DNA from: a virus
Lineage: Duplodnaviria > Caudoviricetes
Length of the DNA stretch: 57,366 nucleotides
IMG/VR virus record: IMGVR_UViG_3300045974_001005
Span: 1 to 57,366 of that record
Direction: 5' to 3' (one strand)
Shown: in pieces, positions 46,049-54,581 of the stretch
How positions within the stretch are numbered: position 1 is the stretch's first letter
Layout: each line of letters opens with the position of its first letter
The notes under the pieces: model-generated
What the model was told of the DNA's origin: nothing
Databases searched by the model: none
What the model saw: the letters and a program-made list of their open reading frames with translations, nothing else
Translations under genes and position numbers: made by a program

Positions 46049-47602
46049 CTAATAACCCGCCTTGCTCGGTGCCTGTTTTGGTGCACTGCTGGCGCGGTGT
46101 TCTTCGCGCTGGTCGCGTGGTATCACGGGCTCGGCAAAGGTCAAGGCGAGTGCATCGGCACCGTCAGGGGAGCGGATGCCACGTTTTTTCATATCCTCCT
46201 TGGCTTCGACCAGGCGGGTACCGTTGGAGCGGTATTTGTAGCTCGGTGCGGACAGGTCGGCAATCAACGATGGATCGTTAGGCAATCGATTTGGCGTGTC
46301 TTCCAGCCATTCCTTCATCGTCCACCACATTTCTGCACGCCGATTGGCGTAGCGCTCAAAATCATGAGCACGTTCGGCAGAGTTGACACCGATTACTGGA
46401 ATATGGAGTTCCTTCAATCGATCCACGATGCCCGAACCAATGCCGATCTTGTCCACAAACAGCGCATCAGGGCGATGCTCGTGCCAATAGTTCGCCAGTA
46501 ACCCGGCAATCTCCATCGGCCCTTTCTTTTCGTGGTATTCCACCCGGAACACGGTGCGCCCTTGGCGGAAGACGATGGCGGTGCGGTCATCGCCATACTC
46601 GGCGGGATCGCAACCGATGACCAGGGCACCGGTTTGTGTCCGGTAGGCCGAATTGACTGCCGCCATGACCGTGGTCGGGCTGATCAACGGGTTGCTGGTG
46701 GCCGAACGGAACGCCAATGCCGGGGTGGCCGGGTATTCCTGATCAAACAGCCATTCAAACCCTGGCCCGTAGGTGATGATTTTATTGTTGCGCCACGCCA
46801 TTTGTTCCAGGTCAAGCCCGTAGGCGTTCTGGTACTTGATATCCTCGGCAGACAACGTTAAATCGCTCGGTACGGGCGTGCGGTATTCGTCCTGCCAGAA
46901 CCACGGGACAAAGATGGCGATGTATTCACCGCGTCCGGCCTCGGCGTCTTGCCACAGCGCGTGAAAGGCACCACCCACGCCGTTGGCAGTCGATTCGATG
47001 ATGACTTCCGTGCCCGGCAAATCCGATACCGTATTCCCCAAACCCGCCAGATGAAGCTGGGCGTTATCCCAAAAGGCAAATTCAGAGGCATGCAGCAGTT
47101 GCGCCGTGTTGGAGCGGCCTACGTCTTTTGTGCCCGCCGTCGCCAGCTTGTAGCCACCGTCAAGTTTGTCAAACACCAATTCCTTGGCATTGGTCGCACT
47201 GGTGGACGGGGCCAAGGGATTGTGTTCATGGTAGCGCTTGACCATCTTGAACAGGTTATCGGTGGCTTTTTGCTCATGGGCCACGATAAAGGCATTGTGT
47301 CCAAAGCGCATGCTGGTGCGGCAGTAGTAGCGCGCACCAATATAGGTACTGGCTCCTTGCTGCCGCCCTTTTAAAATCAAGGCCCGCACTTTCCCCCGCT
47401 TCTTGCGTTGGGCCTCGATTTGGCGGTGAATGTGGCGCTGGGCACGATTGAAGATAAACGGAATGCGCTTGCCTTGTTTGTCCAGCACCACCATGCAGGT
47501 TTCGCAGTGCAGTTCCATGTCACGCTGCAACGCGGCAATCGTGCGTTCCAGCTCGGCATCGCGTTCTTGCTTGGACTTGGGGCGCGCTTTACTCTTCGCC
47601 AT
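46049..47602 (-). CDS. terL: Terminase large subunit
   Basis: LKGRQQGAST, LLHASEFAFW, IIESTANG, IGCDPA, SPDGADALALTFA. Confidence 0.95.
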   Translation of the reverse strand: MAKSKARPKSKQERDAELERTIAALQRDMELHCETCMVVLDKQGKRIPFIFNRAQRHIHRQIEAQRKKRGKVRALILKGRQQGASTYIGARYYCRTSMRFGHNAFIVAHEQKATDNLFKMVKRYHEHNPLAPSTSATNAKELVFDKLDGGYKLATAGTKDVGRSNTAQLLHASEFAFWDNAQLHLAGLGNTVSDLPGTEVIIESTANGVGGAFHALWQDAEAGRGEYIAIFVPWFWQDEYRTPVPSDLTLSAEDIKYQNAYGLDLEQMAWRNNKIITYGPGFEWLFDQEYPATPALAFRSATSNPLISPTTVMAAVNSAYRTQTGALVIGCDPAEYGDDRTAIVFRQGRTVFRVEYHEKKGPMEIAGLLANYWHEHRPDALFVDKIGIGSGIVDRLKELHIPVIGVNSAERAHDFERYANRRAEMWWTMKEWLEDTPNRLPNDPSLIADLSAPSYKYRSNGTRLVEAKEDMKKRGIRSPDGADALALTFAEPVIPRDQREEHRASSAPKQAPSKAGY

Positions 47603-48206
47603 GCTTTTCCATCACGCGGGCAATCACCGATTCCACACCGGTGTTGTTGTTTTCTTCCAGGGTGTCCAGGCCAAAGGCTTGCCGCTCCAGGCCAATCAGG
47701 GTCTTCAAGGCGTCGGCCATGGTTTTCATGGACGATGCGCGGGAAGGCAGGCTGATGATCTTGCGGTAGAGTTCGTTGCGCCTGTCTTGACCCTTTTCAT
47801 CCGGGTCGGCCATGATGGTGGCGAACTGTTCCAGCAATTCAATCTGATCGGTTTGCCATTCGAGTTCCCGCATGAGCGTCATCGCCAGCTTGCGGCTACG
47901 CTGGATGTCGGTGCGATGCGCCAGCACGATATCGGTTTGCACTTGCGCGTTCACCTCAACTAGTACGCGCTCCGAAACCGCACTTTCCGTGCGTACCACC
48001 GTGCGTACCGTGGCTTTGCGTACCAGCTCATCGGCACGGGCTTTGATGCGTTCTGCCAGATCGCGTTCCCAACCATCGCGCTTGGCACGTTTGCGAATCG
48101 CGCCTTCTGTAACCAAGTTTTTCGCCGCAATCGAACGCAAGGATTTCAGTCCGGCGCGATAGTCTTTTTCTATTGCGGCCCAATCGATCACTTTTTCTTC
48201 TGTCAT
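47589..48206 (-). CDS. terS: Terminase small subunit
   Basis: SD GGAGG; DWAAIEKDYRAG...GAIRKRAKRDGWER HTH; GLERQAFGL; overlaps the terL start. Confidence 0.85.
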   Translation of the reverse strand: MTEEKVIDWAAIEKDYRAGLKSLRSIAAKNLVTEGAIRKRAKRDGWERDLAERIKARADELVRKATVRTVVRTESAVSERVLVEVNAQVQTDIVLAHRTDIQRSRKLAMTLMRELEWQTDQIELLEQFATIMADPDEKGQDRRNELYRKIISLPSRASSMKTMADALKTLIGLERQAFGLDTLEENNNTGVESVIARVMEKHGEE

Positions 48207-48445
48207 TCGTTCCTCCGCACGGCATCCGGCTGTAAATCCGATCTTGCATCCCAAAGTGCATCCCATTTTTCCTGCAACGCCTCGATCATTTCCAGATCGG
48301 GGTTGGGTGGTGGGGATTCAATGCGGTAGGATTGGGACAGGCCAATGGTGCTACAGCTAAACTGTTGCAGGCGATGGCTATCCCGTTGCAGCAAGGCCAA
48401 TTGAATAGCCATCCGCAACCATAGGGTGTGGGCTTGTTCCGTCAT
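48203..48445 (-). CDS. Small hypothetical protein, first gene of the late operon
   Basis: 80-aa ORF whose stop overlaps the terS start (ATGA). Confidence 0.5.
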   Translation of the reverse strand: MTEQAHTLWLRMAIQLALLQRDSHRLQQFSCSTIGLSQSYRIESPPPNPDLEMIEALQEKWDALWDARSDLQPDAVRRNE

Positions 48446-48503
48446 GGGATTATTGGGTAGCAGGTACCGGGCAGGTACAGCATTGCCCGGTGCGGCACAA
48501 CGC

Positions 48504-48540
48504 AAAAAGCCCGCCTTGACGTGAATCAGGCGGGCTTTTT
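48504..48540. terminator. Bidirectional intrinsic terminator between Q and the late genes (tR'-like)
   Basis: AAAAAGCCCGCCTTGA-cgtgaa-TCAGGCGGGCTTTTT. Confidence 0.85.
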
Positions 48541-48628
48541 GGGGTGCGCGGGTGATGCGCAAACATCGCGCAAAAAAGGGTGTTTTTTAAAGTGACAGTT
48601 TTCGACACTATCAAATTAAGCGCAATTT

Positions 48629-48716
48629 TAGCCCATTTTGTACGGGCTATTCCAGTGCTATTTTGTACGGGTTTTTCCGTACACGGGGGGTGCGGTTGTA
48701 CGGGTTTTTCCGTACA
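48629..48716. repeat. Repeated palindromic elements at the 3' end of Q (late promoter / Q-binding region)
   Basis: TTGTACGGGTTTTTCCGTACA at 48663-48683 and 48696-48716; partial copy ATTTTGTACGGG at 48635-48646. Confidence 0.75.
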
Positions 48717-49203
48717 GTGTCGGCATGACAAGGTTGCGCGGCTGGCCCCATGCGGCCAATCCGGCCTTTGGCCCATAGTTGGCGCACGGCGTTGGCTCAG
48801 TGGATTTGGCTGGTTCGTCGGTGCCGTCTGGCTGCGCTGCGCGCTTCAAGGTTTTGCTCAACGCATACGCCTCTTGCGCAAACTTGTTTTTGCGGTCATA
48901 CAGCGTTTGCCGCCCAATACCAAGCCGATCCGCAACGCGCTTGGTGACTTCATCATCGCCCAGGTAAAAAGCAACGAATGCGGCGTAGCGGGTTTCATGT
49001 TCGGGCATATCGCCCAAGGCGTGGATCGCCATATTGAAATAAGTCATGTCAGGGTGGTTGCGCGCATTCGGTTCGCGTCCGCCCTTTCCGGGCAACAAGC
49101 GCGCCAGAATGTTTTTGGCGGGCGCATCGGTGTAGTAGCGCCGTGTTCGACTCCACTGCACCCATTCACGGCAATATTCATCCAGAAAATCATTTTTCTT
49201 CAT
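48658..49203 (-). CDS. Q-like late antiterminator
   Basis: C..WVQW N-terminus; C-terminal HTH KRVADRLGIGRQTLYDR; positioned before a terminator and terS. Confidence 0.7.
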   Translation of the reverse strand: MKKNDFLDEYCREWVQWSRTRRYYTDAPAKNILARLLPGKGGREPNARNHPDMTYFNMAIHALGDMPEHETRYAAFVAFYLGDDEVTKRVADRLGIGRQTLYDRKNKFAQEAYALSKTLKRAAQPDGTDEPAKSTEPTPCANYGPKAGLAAWGQPRNLVMPTLYGKTRTTAPPVYGKTRTK

Positions 49204-49225
49204 CGTTCGTACCTTGTAAAAAGGG

Positions 49226-49612
49226 TCATACGCCAGTGTTCAAATGCGCTGGCACCAGTTTGAAATTGAGTTGGCGGTAGCGCCCGGTGCGCTCGTGCGG
49301 ATGGGCGGACGATTTGGGGGAATCGGCTTCACGCCGCGTGGCGGTCGAAGTGCCTGTCGGTGGATTGTCCAGCATCGCCAGCCGATGCGCGGCGGCAAAA
49401 GTGAGCCGATAGCGAATGCCATCGCGCACCATGCAACCGCGATCAATCAATTGGCAATACAGGTACAACACGTCCTCAAACGCCAGCCCCTCGGGCCGGG
49501 CGGGCGTCGCAAGGTTGCCATGCCGCTCGATGCCCTGCCAGATCGTCAGTGCCCCGGCGCGTAAGGTTTGCAAAATCAGCCTGCCGCGTGAATTTTTCTG
49601 CGGGAATTTCAT
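49226..49612 (-). CDS. Hypothetical protein, possible winged helix
   Basis: SD AGGAGA; LIDRGCMVRDGIRYRLT. Confidence 0.65.
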   Translation of the reverse strand: MKFPQKNSRGRLILQTLRAGALTIWQGIERHGNLATPARPEGLAFEDVLYLYCQLIDRGCMVRDGIRYRLTFAAAHRLAMLDNPPTGTSTATRREADSPKSSAHPHERTGRYRQLNFKLVPAHLNTGV

Positions 49613-49642
49613 GATGGTTTCTCCTGTGGTTGGATTCGGTAC

Positions 49643-49906
49643 TTACGCTGCCAATATTTCTCTGGCCAATTCCAGTGCGGTTTGGCCCAATTGCTGGCGC
49701 TGTTCGCGCCTGATTTTTGCCAGCCGGGCTTTTTCCTGCGCGAGGGCGACCTTGAACGCCTGGGTGGCTTGCCACCCTTCGCGCATGACTCTGGACTCCG
49801 CCGCGAACACGACGTGGGGCGGTGCGTTGGCCAAAAAACGCAATTCGCAGCAGGCCAGCCCCTTGGTCATTCGTCCGGCATTGATTTGGCAGTGCGCGCA
49901 TTTCAC
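49643..49906 (-). CDS. Small Cys-rich hypothetical protein
   Basis: GTGA overlap with the upstream gene; CAHC...CC.LR..AN motif. Confidence 0.65.
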   Translation of the reverse strand: MKCAHCQINAGRMTKGLACCELRFLANAPPHVVFAAESRVMREGWQATQAFKVALAQEKARLAKIRREQRQQLGQTALELAREILAA

Positions 49907-50613
49907 AGCGGCATCCCCAGCGCGGCTTTGGCCATTTCGACCACGGCCAAGGTGGTGTAGGCATCACCGCCTTGTTTCACGCGCTCCAAAATCTTGTGTG
50001 CCCAGCGGCGCTCGTCACGCGGTGCGCTGGCATGGGGCGAGCGGGTAATGCCCTGCGCACCCAATGCCTGCAACATGCGTGCGGCGTGGGCGTTGGTCTG
50101 GGGCGGTTTGGTTTCATGCGCGAGCGCCAATGCCGGTGTTGGAATCGGTTCCCACCGTTCTTGCGCCAACTGATGCGTCAGTTGCGCCTGCCAGCGCGGT
50201 TGCACTTGCGCCCAGGTCTGCGATTCCAGATCAAATGCCATCGGCGTTGCGGCCCAAAAGATGGCCGGATGCGACCATTGCCCCAGCTTGCCTTGCCGCC
50301 GTGCCTGCAAACCGCGAATGGCTTCGTAGTACGCGCTCAAGGCATTGAGCGGTGGTCGGCACATTTTTTTGAATTCCGGCAGAGAAGGAGGCCAGTCCCT
50401 GCCGGACAACCCCGTCACCCCGGTTTGAATTTCGCTTGGCGTGAATTCGCCCAGTTGGGTTGCCCAATGGGTGACCATGGTGCGGGCATCGACCTGGTCC
50501 CATTGGTCTACAAACTTCTTGCCATATTCCAATAACATCAAATCAAATAGTTCCTGTACCCACTTGTGTTTTTGTGGTGTGTCAATGCGCATTGCTGACG
50601 AATTGAAAGTCAT
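49903..50613 (-). CDS. Replication protein P-like (helicase loader)
   Basis: LF..M...YGKKF..QW, WPPSLPEFKKMCRP, AYYEA, WSHPAIFWAA; follows the initiator gene. Confidence 0.8.
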   Translation of the reverse strand: MTFNSSAMRIDTPQKHKWVQELFDLMLLEYGKKFVDQWDQVDARTMVTHWATQLGEFTPSEIQTGVTGLSGRDWPPSLPEFKKMCRPPLNALSAYYEAIRGLQARRQGKLGQWSHPAIFWAATPMAFDLESQTWAQVQPRWQAQLTHQLAQERWEPIPTPALALAHETKPPQTNAHAARMLQALGAQGITRSPHASAPRDERRWAHKILERVKQGGDAYTTLAVVEMAKAALGMPL

Positions 50614-51205
50614 GGTGTGGTTCTCGCATTCATGGCTGGGTTAGTCGTGGCAAACCAATGGCCGCATCAATCGCTGCATCCGTCTTGCTTGGCAGCGAGA
50701 GGTCAGGCAATCGCTGTGCGATTGCATCTCTGCTCTATGCTGGTTATTGGTTTACCGTTCTTGGTTCTTGGTTCTTGGTTGGCATTGCGTTCGCATTGCG
50801 GGCGCATTGCGTCGGCATTGCGTTGGCATTGCGTCCGCATTGTCAGCACCTTGCGCCAGGGTGGTACGGTAGTAAGTCAATCAACATCGAATCGAACCGT
50901 ACTCATTTGGCTTATGGTGGTGCGTCGATACGCTTTGCTGGCAGGTTGAGGGGCATGGTGTGGTTCTCGCATTCATGGCTGGGTCAGTCGTGGCAAATCA
51001 ATGGGCGCATTAATCGGTGCGCACCGTGGTGTCGGACAACGAGAGGTCAGGCAATCGCGGTGCGATTGCATCTCTGCTCTTTGCTGGTTCTTGGTTTACC
51101 GTTCTTGGTTCCTGGTTCCTGGTTGGCATTGCTGGTGCATTGCGTTGGCATTGCGTTGGCATTGCGTTCGCATTGCGACCGCATGGTCAGCGCGTTGCGC
51201 TAGTG
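50530..51205. repeat. Imperfect tandem duplication (about 343-344 bp period) with 11-bp and 7-bp iteron-like arrays; candidate replication origin
   Basis: CATGGTGTGGTTCTCGCATTCATGGCTGGG at 50611 and 50954; six GCATTGCG-type units at 11-bp spacing at 50782-50842 and 51126-51186; (GGTTCTT)n arrays. Boundaries approximate. Confidence 0.85.
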
Positions 51206-52081
51206 CGGCATGTCATTTAAGTCAATCATCGTTGGCGTGGGGGCGTGCTGATTTCTGCCGGTCAGCGCATCAGCAAAGGCTTGCCGCCTCTCTTGATTGC
51301 TTTGGTACGCAGAAGGTGTGCGTACCGGTGGCGTACCGCGCTCGTTGCGTACCCAATTGCGCCAGGTGGCCGACCAATCGGCCTTTTTGCCAGTGACGCC
51401 AGGTTGAGCAATCCAATAGTCGCGGAATTGGCTGGCAACGGCCATCGGCTGCAAGTCCGGGCGGTGCGTGCGACAAAATGCGATATCGACATCGCTTGGT
51501 TGCCAGTCCGCTGGCAAGCGCGTGGCCTGTGATGCGTTGGCATCGGCATTCCTTTCTGACCGGGATGCGGATACAGCGCGCTTGCCTGGTTTGCTGGCCG
51601 CATCGGTGGCCGCATCGGTGGCCGCATCGGCGGCAGCGTTGGTGGCCGAGCCGCTGGCAGATTTGGTAGCGCGGGGCGAAACGCCTTCCCGGATCGGTTC
51701 GGACTGGCGTGGTGCGTCTGGTTTGGATGGGCGGCGGCGGGGTGCGGCATCCTGCTGATCGGTTTTTTGCCAGCGCCGATTGGCCGCTTCGGTCGATTTC
51801 GCGCTTTTTTCTTTGAATGCCGTGATGTCTTGCTCACAGCGGGTATGTCGCCATCCGCTATCCGAGCGGGTGAAGAACTCGTTCAGCATGGTACGCACTG
51901 CATTGCGCTCATCGTCGGTATGCACCCGCATGACGCGAAACAGCATGGCTTCATCCAGGCACAACGGTAATTCGGTCGCATAGTAGCGATCCATCAAGCG
52001 CCGATAAATGCCGTCTTCGAGGGCCGATAAATGGGCGGTGGCAATCAGGTGGTCGCCAATATGGTGTTGGTAGTAGTTCAT
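51200..52081 (-). CDS. DUF1376/YdaU-family replication initiator
   Basis: MNYYQHHIGD...TAHLSALEDGIYRRLMDRYY..E.PL, L.EFF, RC; C-terminal TRLPADWQP, FRDYW, DW.ATWRNWVR. Confidence 0.88.
   Translation of the reverse strand: MNYYQHHIGDHLIATAHLSALEDGIYRRLMDRYYATELPLCLDEAMLFRVMRVHTDDERNAVRTMLNEFFTRSDSGWRHTRCEQDITAFKEKSAKSTEAANRRWQKTDQQDAAPRRRPSKPDAPRQSEPIREGVSPRATKSASGSATNAAADAATDAATDAASKPGKRAVSASRSERNADANASQATRLPADWQPSDVDIAFCRTHRPDLQPMAVASQFRDYWIAQPGVTGKKADWSATWRNWVRNERGTPPVRTPSAYQSNQERRQAFADALTGRNQHAPTPTMIDLNDMPH
51595..51630. repeat. Three perfect 12-bp tandem repeats inside the initiator gene
   Basis: (TGGCCGCATCGG)x3, encoding DAATDAATDAA. Confidence 0.85.
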
Positions 52082-52140
52082 GCAGTCGTTCTTTCCTTCG
52101 GTAAAACAAATTGATTCAAAAAAGCAAATAGGTGATCAGG

Positions 52141-53106
52141 TCATTCGCATAAGCCATAGCTGGATGAGCAAGCGCTGGCATCATGCAAGGCGGTGAGTAA
52201 AGAAAATTGCCTGCCGCCATGCGCGGTTTGCGACCAGCGCACCATTTGATGGATATTGGCTTTGGCAAAAATGGCTTGATCGGTGTCGCCATCGCGGGTT
52301 TCGCCCGGCCCTTTGTGCAACATGGTGGAATAGCCGCGCTTGGCGGCGCTGGAGACAAGACGTTCCCAGGCCGCAATGCGGGCAATGTGCTCTGGAAAGC
52401 GCAACCCGATTTCCTTGAGTTCGCCTTTGCTGACATTGACGCAGGGCATACAACCGACCCGCGACATGCCTTGCCGATAAAGTGGATTGGGTTCAATTCC
52501 ACACGTCTTGCACCAAGCGAACACCTCCTGCGCCGACCAATCAACCAGTGGCCGATAGACATGCAAGCCCGCGCCCAGGTATTCATAGCGCTTGGCGGCG
52601 CGGCGGCTAATGGATTCATCGCGGCGCACCCCTTGCCAACTGACCACCGTATAACCGGCATCAACCAGGGACAATTGATACTGGACGGCCAAATCGCGTT
52701 TCAGGTGCTGGGTACAGAATTGCGCCATGCGACTTGGGAAGCGGCCTTTCCATAAACAGACATCCAGAAATGGAATCCCGGTGGGGTGCAAGATTGCCAA
52801 TGCGCGCCGCTTCGCTTTGTTGCTCCAGCGCAGGCGACGGCCATTGACGCGCTGGTGGCGGTTATCGCGTGCGATGAACATCCGCTTGGCGGCGATCTCT
52901 GCCGAAAAGTCGGCCTTTAATCGGACAATCGTGATGCCTGTCGCCGCTTCAAGATAGTCGAGGTAGTCGTACACCGCCACATGTTCATTGCCAGTGTCGC
53001 AAAAGATGGCGCGTACCCGGTGCTTGCCAAAGCGGGCAATCGCCAGCAACAAGGTGGCGGCGCTGTCTTTGCCGCCAGAAACCGATACAACGTGAACAAT
53101 ACTCAA
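52141..53106 (-). CDS. PAPS reductase family (PP-loop) protein
   Basis: SVSGGKDS, DTGNEH, CT..LK, GVRRDES..R, NPLY..G.SRVGCMPC, terminal CSSSYGLCE; TTG start with SD GGGAG. Confidence 0.9.
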   Translation of the reverse strand: MSIVHVVSVSGGKDSAATLLLAIARFGKHRVRAIFCDTGNEHVAVYDYLDYLEAATGITIVRLKADFSAEIAAKRMFIARDNRHQRVNGRRLRWSNKAKRRALAILHPTGIPFLDVCLWKGRFPSRMAQFCTQHLKRDLAVQYQLSLVDAGYTVVSWQGVRRDESISRRAAKRYEYLGAGLHVYRPLVDWSAQEVFAWCKTCGIEPNPLYRQGMSRVGCMPCVNVSKGELKEIGLRFPEHIARIAAWERLVSSAAKRGYSTMLHKGPGETRDGDTDQAIFAKANIHQMVRWSQTAHGGRQFSLLTALHDASACSSSYGLCE

Positions 53107-53249
53107 AGCGACTCCCAAATTTTGGGTAATGGAATCCCCTTGGCAATCGGGTTGCCAATCTCATGTCAAACAAGGGGAGGTAAAAAGTCAGTGCAAGACT
53201 GACTCAGGCATCAAGTGCCTTCAGGAAGAATTGAGCGTGCTCATTTTGT

Positions 53250-53471
53250 TCACCTCGTTGAACGAATGAATTGCCAGTCAGCGAGCGGGCAAAGCGTTTC
53301 ACAAAGCAGCACGCCGCCCGATTCGCGTTCAAGATTAATGGCCATGTCGATTTTGCAAGTGCGGTTGTGGTAGCCGATTTGGCGCAGGTAGGCAAAGCTG
53401 GTGCCGCAGCGTTCTCCAAAGGCTTGCCGCTCATGGGGCGGCAGAGAATTGAGGTATGTTTTGAGATTCAT
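53250..53471 (-). CDS. cro: Cro/YdaS-family HTH regulator
   Basis: 73 aa; FGERCGTSFAYLRQI...R...AINLERESGG...L.P..DW; divergent from the repressor. Confidence 0.85.
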   Translation of the reverse strand: MNLKTYLNSLPPHERQAFGERCGTSFAYLRQIGYHNRTCKIDMAINLERESGGVLLCETLCPLADWQFIRSTR

Positions 53472-53566
53472 ACGTAAGACTATATCAAATGATACGTGTT
53501 GCGTCAACCTAACGCCGCAATTAAAATATGTTTACATCAAATGATAAAGTGTGATTTAATAGCGGC
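53472..53566. promoter_or_regulatory. Lysis-lysogeny switch: PR (minus strand), PRM (plus strand) and two operators
   Basis: PR: TTGACG-17-TATAGT-7 nt-ATG(cro). PRM: TTTACA-18-TTTAAT-6 nt-ATG(cI). ATCAAATGATA at 53484-53494 and 53536-53546, one in each spacer. Confidence 0.85.
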
Positions 53567-54328
53567 ATGGATATGCACTCACATCGGCGACAACGCCTAC
53601 ACAATTTAATCAACCGCGATTTTGGCGGTAGTACTGCGGCCATGGGCCGGGCAATTGACTTCAGCAGTGCCCGCATGGGGCAGTTGCTTTCGCCAACTTT
53701 TCGGGATGGCCAGAATTTTGGCGAGAAGGTGGCGCGCAAGATCGAGGGCTTACTGGGGCTCGATCACCTTTACCTCGACCAGAATACCCCTGTTCAACTT
53801 GATGAATCTGGCGCGCAAGCGCCTGATAATGCAAAACCGACAACGCCCAGCACCAAATCGGCGGCGCTGGACGAGCATGAAATGAACATCATTCAAACCT
53901 ATCGGCATGCTGATCCTGCTACCCAGGCGGCAATTCGCAAGATATTGCGCGTGCTGAATGTCGCTGACGAGGCATTGATTGCCGAACAGGCGCATACGTT
54001 TTGTCGCGCCGTGAATGATCAGGTGCAGTTGCGCCTGGTGGTTACGCCATCTATCAATGCGGCAGCTTTCAATGAATTGGAAACCATGTTGCTGGGTAGT
54101 TTTCGGGCCAGCGACCCACGTAGCAGGCGGCTCATTCTCACCGGGGGCGATTGCATTGAGCCGCGTGACGATGACGAAGAGCTCGACCCCGAAACGGGTT
54201 GCACCTTGCTTGAATTGCGACTTGTCAAAAATTTTCGTGATGGATCGCTACCTTTCCGGCGCACACTCTTGCGTTTGGCTGAGGTTGAGACTGAGAGAAA
54301 TACCACAGAACAACATCAAGCCATTTGA
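53567..54328 (+). CDS. CI-like phage repressor without a recognisable S24 peptidase domain
   Basis: RRQRL..LI...FGG...GEKVARKIE..LGL...YLD N-terminal HTH; no GDSM-P motif in the C-terminus. Confidence 0.85.
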   Translation: MDMHSHRRQRLHNLINRDFGGSTAAMGRAIDFSSARMGQLLSPTFRDGQNFGEKVARKIEGLLGLDHLYLDQNTPVQLDESGAQAPDNAKPTTPSTKSAALDEHEMNIIQTYRHADPATQAAIRKILRVLNVADEALIAEQAHTFCRAVNDQVQLRLVVTPSINAAAFNELETMLLGSFRASDPRSRRLILTGGDCIEPRDDDEELDPETGCTLLELRLVKNFRDGSLPFRRTLLRLAEVETERNTTEQHQAI

Positions 54329-54352
54329 CAAACACGGGTCATTCGGTATAAT
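54325..54352 (+). promoter_or_regulatory. Consensus sigma70 promoter (PL-equivalent)
   Basis: TTGACA-16 bp-TATAAT; the spacer resembles the PR operator. Confidence 0.85.
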
Positions 54353-54382
54353 CCACTTCCCTTTGTTGATTTGGAGCAATTT

Positions 54383-54541
54383 ATGCCCTTTTTGAATGAC
54401 CTTTCCCCCGCTGCCGGGGTTTTGCCTGTTTACGCTGAGTCCGTGCATTCGCCTGCAATCCATGCTGACTATGTCATGCTGGCTTCAGGCATTGCAGCAC
54501 CGCCGCCGCCGCCGCCCATGAAAAAGCCGGTTATCGAGTAG
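54383..54541 (+). CDS. 52-aa peptide with a hexa-proline run
   Basis: SD GGAG; MPFLNDLSPAAGVLPVYAESVHSPAIHADYVMLASGIAAPPPPPPMKKPVIE; first ORF after the consensus promoter; below the ORF-track cutoff. Confidence 0.65.
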   Translation: MPFLNDLSPAAGVLPVYAESVHSPAIHADYVMLASGIAAPPPPPPMKKPVIE

Positions 54542-54581
54542 TCATTTTAAGTAGTCGTACTTTTGAAGTCGTTTTTCATTC

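Noticed and set aside
50611-51205. Repeated 30-bp sequence and short arrays considered as a CRISPR array or DGR template/variable repeat
   Set aside because: Only two long copies, no unique spacers, no cas or reverse transcriptase gene, and differences are not adenine-specific.
50617-51396. Plus-strand ORFs across the duplicated origin-like region
   Set aside because: Products are translations of the 7- and 11-bp repeats, antisense to the replication operon.
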